DNA of 17,315 nucleotides from Candidatus Hydrogenedentota bacterium (GTDB lineage: Bacteria > Hydrogenedentota > Hydrogenedentia > Hydrogenedentales > SLHB01), in contig JAWXCN010000025.1 in the NCBI GenBank assembly GCA_034408725.1, positions 1 through 17,315 of the forward strand, in the 5' to 3' direction. The translations under genes were made by a program, and so were the position numbers. The notes beneath the pieces were generated by a model. The model did not search any database, was not told the origin of the DNA, and saw only the letters and a program-made list of their open reading frames with translations. This document shows, in pieces, positions 16,273 to 17,315 of the stretch; the stretch's first letter is position 1, and every line of letters begins with the position of its first letter.

Positions 16273-16905
16273 TCAGCCACGGCCGTCCTCGATGCAAATG
16301 AATGCGCGGCACGGCCCGCCGTCCGCGTTGACCACGTGCATCGGCAACACCACAAAAGGGTGTGTGCCCGGCGGGATACCGTCCAACAACAAACCCTCCA
16401 CGACAAAAACGTCCGCCTGCAACAAAATATGATGCGTAGGCTGGCCCGGCTGTTTGAACGGCGCGACGGAAAGATAATCGACGCCCACCAGCTTTACGCC
16501 ATCGTCCACGCACCGTTGCGCGGCGGAGGGATCAAGCGCGACATATGATTTCAAAAACGGACCATCAAACGGGTAATCCGAATTGCGCGTTTTAAACAAT
16601 ACGCGCGGCGGCAGTTTCTCCGCCGGCAAATCATCCGCGCGGACAATGTCCGCGTGAGGCACATGCACGACGAGCGCATCCCCAAAGAATACGCTGGTGT
16701 CCACCTCGTGCAGTTTTTTCCCGTCCGGCTCGAAATGCCACGGCGCGTCGCAATGCGTCCCCGTGTGTGTGCTCATCGAGATCGCCGAAACATTGCACCC
16801 CGCGCCCTCCTCGATCCGCCCGTCCGGCTCGAAAGCAAACGCGGGATCGCCCGGCCAAACGGTCATCGAAGGCTGCATTGGTATCGTGACATCAACCCAC
16901 CGCAT
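16273..16905 (-). CDS. Cyclase-family metal-dependent amidohydrolase (KynB/arylformamidase-like)
   Basis: VWPGDP, HTGTHCDAPWHF (HxGTHxDxPxH), GVDYLSV, H..LL, VVEGL, ADGGPCRA. Confidence 0.92.
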   Translation of the reverse strand: MRWVDVTIPMQPSMTVWPGDPAFAFEPDGRIEEGAGCNVSAISMSTHTGTHCDAPWHFEPDGKKLHEVDTSVFFGDALVVHVPHADIVRADDLPAEKLPPRVLFKTRNSDYPFDGPFLKSYVALDPSAAQRCVDDGVKLVGVDYLSVAPFKQPGQPTHHILLQADVFVVEGLLLDGIPPGTHPFVVLPMHVVNADGGPCRAFICIEDGRG

Positions 16906-17246
16906 GGAATAAACTGTGCCCCAGTGCGTTTAGAAACGTTAAGTATGGCGGAGCGCGGCGAAGCACGCAAACACGTTCCGAAACTCTACGCGACAAGGCA
17001 GAGTCCAAGTAGACAGTCGATGACATTACGCTTTTTCCCGTTAATTTCCCGTTCCCAAAATTTCCATTTGGGAAGGCAGGTTCCAGCATCGCCAACGGTG
17101 CGCGCGACTAAATTACTTGGCACAAATCGGTTCGCGGTGGTAAACTGGAACAAGATGCTCACATACCCCTACAGCAGTAAGACCGTGGCAAGGCTATACC
17201 TCGATATCAAAACCGGGCATCCCGCCAACGCCTCGCATGGCGTCCC

Positions 17247-17315
17247 ATGCTGACTAGCACGCTCAGCCGATTCAACAGCGCCGACGGTGCCCGCGACTAC
17301 GCCGCCAACTATGAA
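17247..17315 (+). CDS. Possible 5' end of a gene running off the right edge
   Basis: ATG 17247 is open to the edge (MLTSTLSRFNSADGARDYAANYE) with GC-rich third codon positions. No clear SD; too short to assign. Confidence 0.4.
   Translation, partial: MLTSTLSRFNSADGARDYAANYE

Noticed and set aside
16263..16406. 48-aa N-terminal extension of GlgC
   Set aside because: Overlaps the cyclase gene; GlgC homology begins at MREVIAVVLAGG.
16654..17253. 199-aa + strand ORF
   Set aside because: Overlaps the cyclase antisense, has no motifs, and has unprotein-like composition.

Overview
GC-rich bacterial window with about 20 mostly minus-strand genes. It holds a PhyH-family dioxygenase cut off at the left edge, a membrane protein, an RHH/MazF type II toxin-antitoxin pair, and a secreted alpha/beta hydrolase. 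Next come a CbiX-type chelatase coupled to a VAO/PCMH flavoprotein, three exported thioredoxin-fold proteins, a PrsA/SurA-like lipoprotein and a thioesterase. The right half has a DUF1080 protein, a divergent NagB-like protein, a secreted repeat protein, an ECF sigma factor fused to a polytopic membrane domain, an AT-rich DUF2971-like gene, glgC and a KynB-like cyclase. The best observations are: (1) a hidden +1 frameshift that removes the C-terminal helix of MazF; (2) a leaderless sigma70 promoter overlapped by a palindromic operator upstream of the antitoxin; (3) an intergenic region with a two-part hexamer array and a heptamer array between divergent promoters; (4) the one-component membrane-tethered ECF; and (5) the inserted DUF2971-like candidate conflict gene. 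No rRNA, tRNA, CRISPR array or transposase was seen. All family calls come from motif recognition, not database searches.
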